A stretch of 64,000 bases of DNA, taken from contig JAANOX010000224.1 in NCBI GenBank assembly GCA_020184695.1, forward strand, positions 248,001-312,000, in the 5' to 3' direction. Within the stretch, counting starts at the first letter, position 1; each line of letters starts with the position of its first letter. Positions 53,773 to 64,000 of the stretch are shown here, piece after piece. This DNA comes from Histomonas meleagridis 2922-C6/04-290x (Eukaryota > Protista > Parabasalia). Both the position numbers and the translations under genes were made by a program. The notes below the pieces were generated by a model that did not search any database, was not told where the DNA came from, and worked only from the letters and a program-made list of their open reading frames with translations.

Positions 53773-54734
53773 AGGACCATCGAAAAAACCGTTTCCTCAG
53801 AAATAAACAGCCACATGTCATTCAATTTTCAATGCAAAAAAGCCGTTTATTGTCTCCAAGCAACTTTACCTCTGAAAATAAAATTTCAAAATCTTTCTTC
53901 AAAATTTATAAATTTCAATAAATTCTATTTGGTTTCCTTTTTAAACCTTTTGAGGAAATAATGATGGAACGGTAACATAGAATATGACTTATGTTTATTT
54001 TTGATGATCGAGAAATTAAATTTTAAATAATTAATCCATTGGTAATTGAAGAAAAAATTGATTCTAAAATCTGATCAAATTAATTCTTAAAGAAAATGAA
54101 GCTCAAAAAATAAAATGATAATTTTTTTAAACAATGTTTTAAATTGATGATGATGTTAGCTAGATTATATCCAATAAAAATATAAGAAATCTGTAAAAAT
54201 TTATTGGGGTCATTATATTTGTCTTGTCAGGAAGAAGAAATTTTTTGAACCATTCAAAAAGTGGACTTGACAGTCATTCGGACACCCCAAAATCTTGGCA
54301 TCTTGAAAATTGTAATATTTCTGTCTTTGTAACAAACAGTTAACTTTTCATTTGAATAAACAATTTAGGCTCATCATTTTGCTTTATTAAAAATTGCCTG
54401 ATTAGGAAATGAAAAGTGTATTAATTAAAATTTTAAAATTCAAAGAAAAATTAAAGTTGAAATAAATATGTTGAAATACAGTTGATTGGTGTTGGAAACT
54501 ATATTAAAATAATTGTCTTTATGATTCTCAGCTTGAGAAAATTCAAATTGGACCGCTCCAAACCGGTTAGAAAAGTGCCACTATTGTGATAGGCTATGAA
54601 TTATCGATAAAAATTGCAATCGTTTTTCACAGAATCATATATCAAAAAGTTTCATTTTGACTATATTTTGATTTGCATGAAGTAAACTCTTTGACACACC
54701 TATAATTTTTTTCAACCAGTCACTTTTTAATTAA

Positions 54735-56013
54735 ATGCTGCCGAAAACATTCGGTTTTGATTGTTGTTGTTAGCATCATAATTGTTGTTATTGTACTTGC
54801 TCTAGTTCTTTGTATATACTTTGGTATTAAACACTCTCGCAATCCTTTTAAAGAAATCGTATCAATTACTGAAGTATTTCCTGATGGGCAAAAAATTAAA
54901 GGAGTTATTTTACACCTGAAAAACGAAGTTGCACTTCAGTCATCTCTTGAAGATGGTACTTTTTCTGTTGAGAATCGAAACATCACTGAAGTTTATACTT
55001 GCTTAGATTCACTAGGCAAATGTAAAGCTAATGAAGGAGAATATTGGCTTAGATCGCAATGACTCTAATGCATATACATTCACTGAAGTTAGAGGCGAAG
55101 GAAAGACCATATTAAAAACTATAACATCTGTTAAAATCGACAAAGATTTCGAGTGCGAAAGCGGAAACAAAATCAGCAAGACGAACAATTTCTATCATAG
55201 TGAAAACAAAGTTAATCTTGTTGTTAATGATTTTGAACAATTTGTATTCGAAAACCAAGATGGAAGAAAGCTCACGTACAACTTATTTACACCTAAAAAC
55301 GTCACAACCACCAAGAAATATCCACTTGTTATGTTTATTCATGATGCCGGTAATGTTGGTGAATCATATTACATTACGCTTATTCAAGGAATTGGAGCTA
55401 CAGTTTGGGCTTCTGAAGAAGAGCAGCAAAAGAGGGAGTGTTATGTGTTAGCACCACAATTTAACACTGTCATGATGACAATGAAACATTAGAACAATAC
55501 TACTTAATTATGCCAATGTTTAATGAAGTCCTTGAAAAACACCCTACAATTGATACTGATCGAATATATACCACTGGACATTCAATGGGATGCATGCCAT
55601 CGATTTCTCTTCTCGTCGAAAATCGAAACTTCTTTGCGAGTGCACTACTTGTACCAGGACATTGGAGCTCGGAAAAGATGAAAGTTTTGGTTAACGATAC
55701 GTTTTGGGTAATTGTATCAAGAGGAGACGCAAAGGCTTCCGCAGGATTGAATGAAGCTATGGGGGTTTTGGAAGGAATTGGCGCAAACATTACTAGAGCA
55801 ACGTGGGACGGAAAGGTGACAACTGCGGAGCAAGAAGAAGAAGTGAAGAAAGCGGTCGAAAAAAATACGAAAATTAATTACATTACACTGAAGAATGGAA
55901 CTGTTGCGCCGCCAGAACATCCGAATATGAATCATCAGTATACATGGAGAATTGCGTATACAATAGAAGGAGTTAGAGAATGGCTGTTTAAGCAAAAAAG
56001 ACAAAGTAACTAA
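54735..56013 (+). pseudogene. Bacterial-type Ig-like-domain serine esterase/peptidase (alpha/beta hydrolase) with N-terminal TM, disrupted by three frameshifts
   Basis: ORFs 54757-55062, 55031-55492 and 55510-56013 are collinear pieces: KYPLVMFIHDAG, IQGIGATVWASEEEQ, YVLAPQ, IYTTGHSMG (nucleophile elbow), MNHQYTW. ATG 54735 follows Inr TCACT at 54720. Confidence 0.8.
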
Positions 56014-56596
56014 TGAAATGTGTTAATTGAAATACTAAAATTGTCTTTTAATTGGCAAATAGTTTTATATTCATAGGCCATCATGAAGTGATATTAGTGT
56101 GCAAATAATAAGAAATCGCATCAATCAATCCTTCAAAGAAGTAATCTAGTGAATATTATTGTTATTCCATTCGAAAACCTCTTTTTACTTTTTTCAAAAA
56201 CCAATATCTATAATTTCTAATGTTTATATAAAAATATATTTAAACTAAAATCATATTTATTAAAATCTATTTTAATAAAGAAAAAAATGACACATTTACA
56301 AAAATGTTTTTTTAGAATCGGCTGCAAAGGGATCTTCTTCAATATTAGCTACAGATAATCGGCAGAAAAGTTATTATTTGTTTCTTTATCGTTTTGAAAC
56401 TCATTTTCATTTTCTGAAGTTGAAACATATAATTACTTATTACAAAAGAGAAATTACTTCAAAGCTTTGAAGATAAATAGATATTTCCAGAATTAGATAT
56501 TATCAAAAAAGAATTTATATTTTTATATATAACATTTAGAATAATTTAATTCGATTATAAAATTATTTATTTAAACATAATAAATCAATTGTAAAT

Positions 56597-57763
56597 TTAA
56601 CCACGTGAAAATTGGAAGAAAGGACCGGACAAAATTCCTGGCCTTGTCGCATGCAACTCACACTCTTGTTGATATTTCATTAAATGCCCATCAATAACTT
56701 TCTTCATTTCATTCATTGATATATCCGGTCTCTCCTTAAACGTCTTCCAGAAGAAGAAAGTGAACAAACCCTGTGAATTATTGGCTATTTTGCCTTGTTT
56801 CGCAGTTTGGTCATCATTTGTAGATGAAACTGAAACAATATTGGCAGGAAACTCTAAGGCTTTTACAGGGTCACTAGGAATATTCCAAATAGTTCCACTA
56901 TGACAACAATCTGTTAATAATAAGGTTTTCGCACATCCATTTGAATACTTCTTTAAGATGTCTTCTAACTCTCTGTCTGCAACTCGACCTTTGTCAAAGA
57001 CCATTACTTGGTCAACTGATATAAGTTCATTATTTTGATTATATACATGTAAATTAGAACCATGTCCGGTATAAAATACTGTTAAATATTCTGTGGTTCG
57101 TTGTAGTACAACTGTTAAGCATTTAATAAATTGTTCAGGTGTTGAATTATGAACAAAAAATACTCGATAGCCCATATACTTATGATTGGCGGCAACTGTA
57201 ATAGAGTCATTGACCGGACCTACGCCAAGAACTAAGGTTGGATTGGTATAACTATTAGCGCAAATGAGACATGCTCGTGTCATTCGCATTGGTAATGTAG
57301 TTGGATCTGTATGTGTGATGTCTTGGGCAATATCGTTTAATTGGGAAAGCGCAGACTCTATTGAAGAATGAGATCGTAATTCTTGGAACTCATTGATCGA
57401 AAATACTGGTGTTGGTGGTGGTATGGATATGGTTGGATATAAATGAGTGGTATCAGGAATATCTGATTCGGATGGTTGTTCCCATGATTCTTGTGTCCAA
57501 GGATTAAAGTGTAAAGGTGATGATATCCATTTTGTTCCTGGTTGAGATCCATAAAACTTTTGGTAATAATACTCTACTTCTTCAACTTTTGGATAAAAGA
57601 TTTCAGGTGGTGATTGAAATGATGATGAAGAATTTGTCAATCCTGTAACAGTAGGATAAATTCGCGGAATCGGAACTGGAACTTCATGGAAAAATAAGTA
57701 CTCTGGGAGTTTAAGATCCCTTGAACTCTTTTGCATCTCCGGACTCTTGGAAAAGTCGATCAT
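56597..57763 (-). CDS. Metacaspase (peptidase C14B) with Pro-rich N-terminus
   Basis: VFYTGHG and LTDCCHSG catalytic dyad motifs; SSTNDDQTA, GLFTFFF. Confidence 0.9.
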   Translation of the reverse strand: MIDFSKSPEMQKSSRDLKLPEYLFFHEVPVPIPRIYPTVTGLTNSSSSFQSPPEIFYPKVEEVEYYYQKFYGSQPGTKWISSPLHFNPWTQESWEQPSESDIPDTTHLYPTISIPPPTPVFSINEFQELRSHSSIESALSQLNDIAQDITHTDPTTLPMRMTRACLICANSYTNPTLVLGVGPVNDSITVAANHKYMGYRVFFVHNSTPEQFIKCLTVVLQRTTEYLTVFYTGHGSNLHVYNQNNELISVDQVMVFDKGRVADRELEDILKKYSNGCAKTLLLTDCCHSGTIWNIPSDPVKALEFPANIVSVSSTNDDQTAKQGKIANNSQGLFTFFFWKTFKERPDISMNEMKKVIDGHLMKYQQECELHATRPGILSGPFFQFSRG

Positions 57764-58124
57764 GAGTTTGGAGTAGTTAATTGGGCGGAAAATGACGGTT
57801 TTACCACTTTTTCACAAATAAGAATTGAATGAAGAAAACTTCGTCAAAACATTTTATAAAAAATACTAAATATTTTTCAAATTATATGATTAAAACAAAT
57901 ATGTACATATCTTAAAGCCTATGTAAAGAAATAAATATATAATAATATTATTACATGTTTATATTGATAAATTAACATAAATAAAATTTCACGATTTATC
58001 AATAATGTGATAAGAAAAAACAAAACCAATTCGAAGAAGTTAAAAAAACATATAAAAAATGAACACTTTATTAAGAAAGAAAATATTTAAATATATTTAA
58101 AAGTTATTTGAATTTCATCATGAA

Positions 58125-58337
58125 TCACTCATCAGAATCCAAAGCTATGTCCACATCTGATATTTCAACGTCATCATCTGAAGAAGCTGGTGCGAATAAT
58201 GGTATATCAGAGTCAGTTTCATCTGGTTGAACTTCAACAATTCCTACTGGCTGTGGCTTTGAAATTAGTAAAGATTTTAAATCCTCTTTTCTTTTTTCTT
58301 CTTCTGAAAGTTGTTCCAAACTTTGGCAACAGCCCAT
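58125..58337 (-). CDS. Small (70 aa) acidic protein with N-terminal MGCC acylation motif
   Basis: ATG 58337: MGCCQSLEQLSEEEKRKEDLKSLL...DDDVEISDVDIALDSDE; the upstream part of the track ORF looks non-coding. Confidence 0.6.
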   Translation of the reverse strand: MGCCQSLEQLSEEEKRKEDLKSLLISKPQPVGIVEVQPDETDSDIPLFAPASSDDDVEISDVDIALDSDE

Positions 58338-58474
58338 ATTGGAGACCGTTAAATAACTGTCTAATGACCGTTTAATTGCATGATGTAAACGTTCTTCTGC
58401 CAAAATGAAGCGATTCAGAATTTTAACTTTGAGAGGAAATAAACAAAGTAAAATAAAAGTAAATAGATAACACT

Positions 58475-58782
58475 CAAGTATTACAAGATATGGAAAAAAC
58501 AATTTTTGATTTAAGTGATGGTAATATTAATGAATCTACTGATTCTTTGTGAACAATTTTGATGAAATTTCACATAATAATTTGAAGCATCATAAGAAAT
58601 TTGTTAAAGAAGGAGTTGATCCAAATGAAATATCAAAAATAATTAGAAATGATGAAACAGAAAAACTTCAAGGAATAGCAGCACAATAAAATTTCGATTT
58701 TAATCAAGAAATTGTTCCATCACTCTTTGAAAGATTCTCATTTATGAATGAAAAAATGATTCTTTATTTATATTTGATATAA
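58475..58782 (+). pseudogene. Internally deleted remnant of a DUF3447/ankyrin gene
   Basis: QVLQDMEKTIFDLSDGNINESTDSL* and NLKHHKKFVKEGVDPNEISKIIRNDETEKLQGIAAQ*NFDFNQEIVPSLFERFSF align by eye with two distant parts of the 18557-19636 protein. Confidence 0.75.
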
Positions 58783-59069
58783 ACGAAACTTAATCAGGAA
58801 TTAAATTTTTGTTAGATATATAAAATAAATGATAAAACAAGAGATCACACAATTGAAATGTAAAGTATTGTATTTTCGTTATCGGAATTCCCACAACTCA
58901 CAAAATTAAAGTTAATTTCCAATGAACTCATAGAAAAAATTGAGATAAATACGTTATTCCATGTGGTGCAAATGCATCAATCTCATGCAAATCAAAAAGA
59001 AATGGCACAAGTTTCATGAAAAAAAGCATTTGTACTTTTCGTTTTATTAATTTTCAAATGTGTAAATAT

Positions 59070-60290
59070 TTATTTTATATTCAAATTCTTAATCTGTCCA
59101 ATATATTCGTTGATATTTTTTGTGGTCAATATCACCAACTGTCTCCTGTTAATGTGTTCCCGAGTGAAAGGGTCCTCGCTTTTGTCCTTTAGTAATCTCG
59201 TCCAAGTATTGTAATCCAATACATAACCAGACGGAGACATCGCCGGCACTCTAATCTCCTCCTGTGTCATGGAGTCGATTTGTCCTTTCAATGGGTTTTT
59301 CAGTGCCTTTTTCTCATATTTGGACAATACGACTTCATGCTTCTTTTTCGTCGAGTGACTGGCTTGTTTTTCCCTTTTAGCTTTACGTGGGAATCTATAC
59401 CGAAGTTTACCTTCGTCATCGACATAATAATCAGTATCTTTAATTTCGCCATTCAAAACAAGTTTCCGATAAAAGTTGGCACATTGGTATCCAACGCGTC
59501 CGGGAATAGTCTGAGAAAAGATGCCCCAACGTGATGTTCCATCTCCGTATAGTTTTTTCATCTCTTCAAGTCTTTTCAGAAATAGTTGCTTTTCTTCAGC
59601 TGACCATGAGCCATTCTTTTGTTTCTCGCCAGGCGGAAGATTTCGGTATAAGTATTGATTCGGATTGCTGAGTCCTGATAAATATGAACTTTGATGAATT
59701 TCACTCCATTTGTTCCATACCTCTGGATCAACATCTTTGGGACACGGATACTTCTTTGGTGCTGGCTTTTTTCGAGGATAACGTTTTGTGGCTCGATATC
59801 CAAATGTTTCACTTTCATATATTTCTTCTTCCTCTTCAACATCACTGTCAGAGGCTGGTGGAGGAGGTGTAGGTGGCTGGATGTTCTTGGATTTCTTGGG
59901 ATTAAGGAGATGAAGTCGATATTTATATTCGTCGTTGATTTTGATTCGGAATTTTGGATCATTTATATTAAACACAAGCTCCTCAGGATCACAACAAGAC
60001 ATTGTAAAGCCAATATATATTTCTAAAGGTGTTGCTTCAGGCCATTGTTTAACAATAGAAGGGAGAGAACGATTGATCTGATTAATAACTCTTTTTATCA
60101 TGTTGATTTTATTATTTCGGATTGATTCTTCCAGTTCTTTATCTTCGAGTTCTGGTTCGAAATCATAATACTTAAAAATATCATCAATGGTAATTGGAGT
60201 TACATGTTGATCTATATCAGACTCGCTTGATGGATGGGATTCGTCTTTGAATTCTTCTTTGATGTCACATAGCGATGTACAGATTTCCAT
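59070..60290 (-). CDS. SANT/Myb-domain protein with C-terminal U-box-like domain
   Basis: GSWSAEEKQLFLKRL..WGIFSQTIPGRVGYQCANFYRKL; DSMTQEEIRVPAMSPSGYVLDYNTWTRLL..SEDPFTREHI. Confidence 0.8.
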   Translation of the reverse strand: MEICTSLCDIKEEFKDESHPSSESDIDQHVTPITIDDIFKYYDFEPELEDKELEESIRNNKINMIKRVINQINRSLPSIVKQWPEATPLEIYIGFTMSCCDPEELVFNINDPKFRIKINDEYKYRLHLLNPKKSKNIQPPTPPPPASDSDVEEEEEIYESETFGYRATKRYPRKKPAPKKYPCPKDVDPEVWNKWSEIHQSSYLSGLSNPNQYLYRNLPPGEKQKNGSWSAEEKQLFLKRLEEMKKLYGDGTSRWGIFSQTIPGRVGYQCANFYRKLVLNGEIKDTDYYVDDEGKLRYRFPRKAKREKQASHSTKKKHEVVLSKYEKKALKNPLKGQIDSMTQEEIRVPAMSPSGYVLDYNTWTRLLKDKSEDPFTREHINRRQLVILTTKNINEYIGQIKNLNIK

Positions 60291-60488
60291 TTTCGAAATG
60301 AATCATGGCGCCATTTTTTATATTTTTCTTTTAATGCGCCAAGTGAAGTTCACCACAAAAAGACGTTAACGAAGAATCGTGTTAATTCTTCCCGCGAAAC
60401 TGACCTTTAGTGAAAAAAACTATTAAAAAAGGATACATAGTGATGTGGTTTTTTAAAAATTCGATTAATGTTTTTTTAATTATATTTA

Positions 60489-60902
60489 TTATTCAGAATT
60501 AACAAGTGTTTCCGCTAAGGGATATGAAGAATGATCCATGGAGTCATGCGGTATACTTTTAGAATTGTTTTCCGAATTTTGCAAGAGATATTTTGCTAAA
60601 AAATATATGGGTTGAATCTCTGAAACATTTTCTTCGCCTAATTCTCTTCGTTTATCAAGATTATTGACCTCCTTCAAGAGTTCCTCTAACCCAGATGTTA
60701 ATGTTTGCAAAACTTTTTCTTCTAGATAATTTCTAATGTTCGAGGTTTTAAGGTTTTGCTTATTCTGATTTAACTCACTCTCGTTTTGTTTTAGGTTATC
60801 ATCTGGTTTATTAATGCTAAATGATTCAATATTATTTTTTGTTTCGTTTTTTTCATTCATGTTAAACAATTCCGATCCCCAAAGAGCACTTTTGATCGTC
60901 AT
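60489..60902 (-). CDS. Dpy-30 motif protein
   Basis: IRNYLEEKVLQTLTSGLEELLKE...QPIYFLAKYLLQN matches the Dpy-30/RIIa-like dimerisation motif. Confidence 0.75.
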   Translation of the reverse strand: MTIKSALWGSELFNMNEKNETKNNIESFSINKPDDNLKQNESELNQNKQNLKTSNIRNYLEEKVLQTLTSGLEELLKEVNNLDKRRELGEENVSEIQPIYFLAKYLLQNSENNSKSIPHDSMDHSSYPLAETLVNSE

Positions 60903-61520
60903 GCATCATAACGTATAAACCGTTTTGTGCAAAAGTTTTTTTACGTAAGAAAGTGACATAAATCGGTTATAACGATCATAATTCAAATCAGAAAATTCAT
61001 CATGAAAAAAATAAAAATATATCATTTTAGATCAAATATTTTGGATAATTTTAGAAGCAAATCTTCCAGTAAAGATCAACTCTGCAATTATTTCAAATTT
61101 ATATAAAAACTTACTGCGAACTTTCTTCGGATTCACTTTGATGTCCAACTGGACAGAATTTTTATCGTCTGTTTTAAGAAATTGACTCTAGTTCTTGGGA
61201 CTAAAAAGTGCAAAGCACATAGTATCACCTATGAGTTTATTTATTATAATTGCATGTGTTAGTAATATTATAAATATAAATTGTTTCTTTGTAAATTTTT
61301 GAAATTAATTTCGAAATGATTTAGAAAAATAAAAAAAATCCAAACATTGATAACAAATATCATGAATAGTTCCTTTCTTAATCACAAGAATGATTCATTT
61401 TGAATACTTCATCCATGTTTTTGCAAGAAAAATGTTTTAATTTTTTCTGAGGTGATGTTATAATGTTCAGAAAAGGTTTCGATTTCAGAATTATTTATCA
61501 ACCGCTTTTTAGGATTCCAA

Positions 61521-64000
61521 ATGGGTGCGCAACAATCAGGAACACCAACAACACCTCCATTAACTACATTAGATCTCAGTGAGAGCGGATTAACTGCTGT
61601 GCCATATAAACCAGAATTTGAATATCTTCAACAATTAATAGCACCACGAAATCTCATTCGTGATCTTCCTATGTCATTACATAATTTGCGTGGTCTTGAT
61701 ATTTCCTTTAATTTTATACGACGGCTCACCCCTAAATTAATTCAAGAAATTCAAAGTTATGATAATCTCGTATATCTTGATCTATCCATAAATTTTATCT
61801 CTGATTTAAAAAATCTTTTAGACGGCATGCCAGCATTAAAACGTCTTTATTTATTTAGCAACAAAATTTCTCATATTAATATTCGGTCAGATATAGAATT
61901 TCTTAATTTAGGACATAACTTATTTACCTCTGTACCAGAATTACCAAATTCACTCATAAAGTTAAATATGGATTTCAACTACATAAAAACAATCGATTTT
62001 TGCCTTCCAAATCTGACAAAACTTTCAATGTCATTGAATGGCATTGAATATTTTCGAGAGGGTATTCAATTTCCACTTTTGAAAGAACTTGACCTGTCAA
62101 AAAACCGTTTGAAAAAAGTGCCAAATTTATTTTACTTTTGCCCAAAACTCGAAGTTCTTGATCTTTCTGATAACTTACTTGAGGAATTCCCATTACCTCC
62201 TCAAACTATAGTCGATTATAACTTATCCGCAAACAAATTTAGAACCGTGCCTCATATTTTACGATATCTGACCAAATTAAAAAAATTGGACCTAAGCAAA
62301 AATAGGATAAAAAGAATACCAAGACTTCCTCCGTCCATTTGTAGTTTAAATTTACAAGGATGTGAAATTTGTCAAATTGAATATTGTTCTGTTCCAAAAT
62401 TGACACGTCTAACAATACGCGAAAACAGATTTTCTCATATCCCAGCCTTCGAAAATTGTCAGTTGACTGAATATTATTTGGCATTTAATTATCTAACAAA
62501 AATTGAAAGATATGAAATATCGCATTTTGCAACTCGAATCGATTTCTCATATAATTATATTTCCGAAATTCCAAATAATTTTTTTGACAAGTTGGATTTG
62601 AAATTCTTTGCAATTGCAGATAACAGATTAACATCAATTCCTCCATCAATTAAGTATACAGCTCTGACAGTATTGGTGATATCTGAGAACAAAATAAAGA
62701 AGCTTCCCAAGTTACCAAAGACATTAATTTCACTTTTCGCAGGTTATTGTGATCTTGATTCACTTCCAGATTCACTTTCTAAAAACCCCAATCTTCGTGT
62801 TGTCGACGTACCTGGGAATAATTTGCAGTCGATACCAACCTTTAAATCTGTTACTCGTCTTCATTTGTCCAGAAATAAATTTACGGTTTTTCCAGATAAC
62901 ATTCCAAACACTATAGTAAATCTTGATCTTTCTTTTAACGACATTGTCGAGATTCCAGAAGATCTTTGTTTCCTTCATCTTGATGAATTAGATTTATCTT
63001 TTAATTGTATCATCAATTTCCCAGAAAACTTCAATGCCCCAATGCTACGTTATCTAAGAATTAGTGCTAATCCTCTTGATGACCTTAACACGTCAGTATT
63101 TCCTCATCTTTTGATTTTGGACATTTCAATGACAAATGTCAAAACCCCCGACGATAGCCCCATCAAACAGATTTTAGTATCAGAAGACTATCCAAGTTCT
63201 CCAAATCTACGTATCCATAGACTAACTTGTGATGATTGGGTCGCTTATGCAGAAATGAAAGGTGTTAGAGATACAATGGAAGATGCAATAATTGTTCGAT
63301 CACATATAAAGGGAAATCTCGATGTTTATGCAATGATAGATGGACATGGCGGAAGTGCTACAGCTGTTTTTAGTGAATATTTTATCGAACAATATGTATC
63401 TTCAGAAAGTTTCAAATTTACAGAAAAATCAGTCTATCAAATGATATACAAGCTGGATGAAGCATTACGAAATCGAAAGTTCTTTGATGGTGCTACAATC
63501 GCAATAGCCTTTTTTAATGGTGAAAAACTAATCACTGCGCATATTGGCGATGCACGAATTCTAGTCATTCATCGAGGCGGTGGAATATATTATTGTACAA
63601 ATGATCATAAAGTTACTGAACGTAGTGAGTTTGAACGAATTCATTCATTTGGAGGTCGAATCACAAATCTTCGATTACATGGAGTTTTAGCGCCAAGTCG
63701 ATGTCTTGGTGATCTTAATGTCCCTGCGAACGTCCCAATTCCCGAAGTGCACACGTACAAAATGAAGAAAAACGACCGCTGGCTCATCATCGGCTGTGAT
63801 GGGATATTTGATGCGATGACGAACATAAAAGTGTCACGAGCGGCGCGACGATCAAATGATGCACGCGGATTAGCTTATGACCTTCGTAACCTTGCTTTTA
63901 CGAATTTATCACTTGATAACATCTCGGTGATAGTAATAGACTTACAAGCACGAAAATTATTCGACTTTGGACAATGCCCAATTGTATCTGATACATCTGA
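61521..64000 (+). CDS. N-myristoylated LRR + PP2C phosphatase protein (3'-partial, not in the ORF track)
   Basis: ATG 61521 MGAQQSG, then LxxLDLSxNxL repeats. The same frame reads AEMKGVRDTMED (63240 onward), MIDGHGG, HIGDAR, SRCLGD, IIGCDGIFD, DNISVIVI. No stop seen in the stretches I translated. Confidence 0.9.
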   Translation, partial: MGAQQSGTPTTPPLTTLDLSESGLTAVPYKPEFEYLQQLIAPRNLIRDLPMSLHNLRGLDISFNFIRRLTPKLIQEIQSYDNLVYLDLSINFISDLKNLLDGMPALKRLYLFSNKISHINIRSDIEFLNLGHNLFTSVPELPNSLIKLNMDFNYIKTIDFCLPNLTKLSMSLNGIEYFREGIQFPLLKELDLSKNRLKKVPNLFYFCPKLEVLDLSDNLLEEFPLPPQTIVDYNLSANKFRTVPHILRYLTKLKKLDLSKNRIKRIPRLPPSICSLNLQGCEICQIEYCSVPKLTRLTIRENRFSHIPAFENCQLTEYYLAFNYLTKIERYEISHFATRIDFSYNYISEIPNNFFDKLDLKFFAIADNRLTSIPPSIKYTALTVLVISENKIKKLPKLPKTLISLFAGYCDLDSLPDSLSKNPNLRVVDVPGNNLQSIPTFKSVTRLHLSRNKFTVFPDNIPNTIVNLDLSFNDIVEIPEDLCFLHLDELDLSFNCIINFPENFNAPMLRYLRISANPLDDLNTSVFPHLLILDISMTNVKTPDDSPIKQILVSEDYPSSPNLRIHRLTCDDWVAYAEMKGVRDTMEDAIIVRSHIKGNLDVYAMIDGHGGSATAVFSEYFIEQYVSSESFKFTEKSVYQMIYKLDEALRNRKFFDGATIAIAFFNGEKLITAHIGDARILVIHRGGGIYYCTNDHKVTERSEFERIHSFGGRITNLRLHGVLAPSRCLGDLNVPANVPIPEVHTYKMKKNDRWLIIGCDGIFDAMTNIKVSRAARRSNDARGLAYDLRNLAFTNLSLDNISVIVIDLQARKLFDFGQCPIVSDTS

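Noticed and set aside
61020-61230. Short minus-strand frame DDKNSVQLDIKVNPKKVRSKFLYKFEIIAELIF...
   Set aside because: No start codon context or recognisable family; at most a gene remnant.

Overview
AT-rich eukaryotic genomic DNA, very likely from a parabasalid (Tritrichomonas/Histomonas-like). This is inferred from BspA-type LRR surface proteins, DUF3447-ankyrin genes, R2R3-Myb, intron-less long ORFs and TCAYT initiator motifs near ATGs. The window has about 24 protein genes and 2 tRNAs (Arg-TCT, Leu-CAA). The proteins include an outer-arm dynein heavy chain, AspRS, RPB7, Rab, PITP, a Vps18-like protein, a C1A protease, a metacaspase, a sphingomyelinase-like enzyme, four BspA genes and an LRR-PP2C running off the 3' end. 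There are also several broken genes: a split BspA, a triply frameshifted bacterial-type esterase and an ankyrin-gene remnant. The standout is 16573-18598 (minus strand), downstream of a DUF3447 ORF. Here 12 stop-free ankyrin modules recur at a ~170-nt period. They are separated by fixed-length, AT-rich, mostly stop-containing spacers without consistent GT-AG ends. Removing a 51-nt and a 17-nt piece from each spacer would rebuild canonical 34-aa ankyrin repeats, and one unit already lacks the 17-nt piece precisely. This is a candidate non-canonical intron or excision system, untested here.
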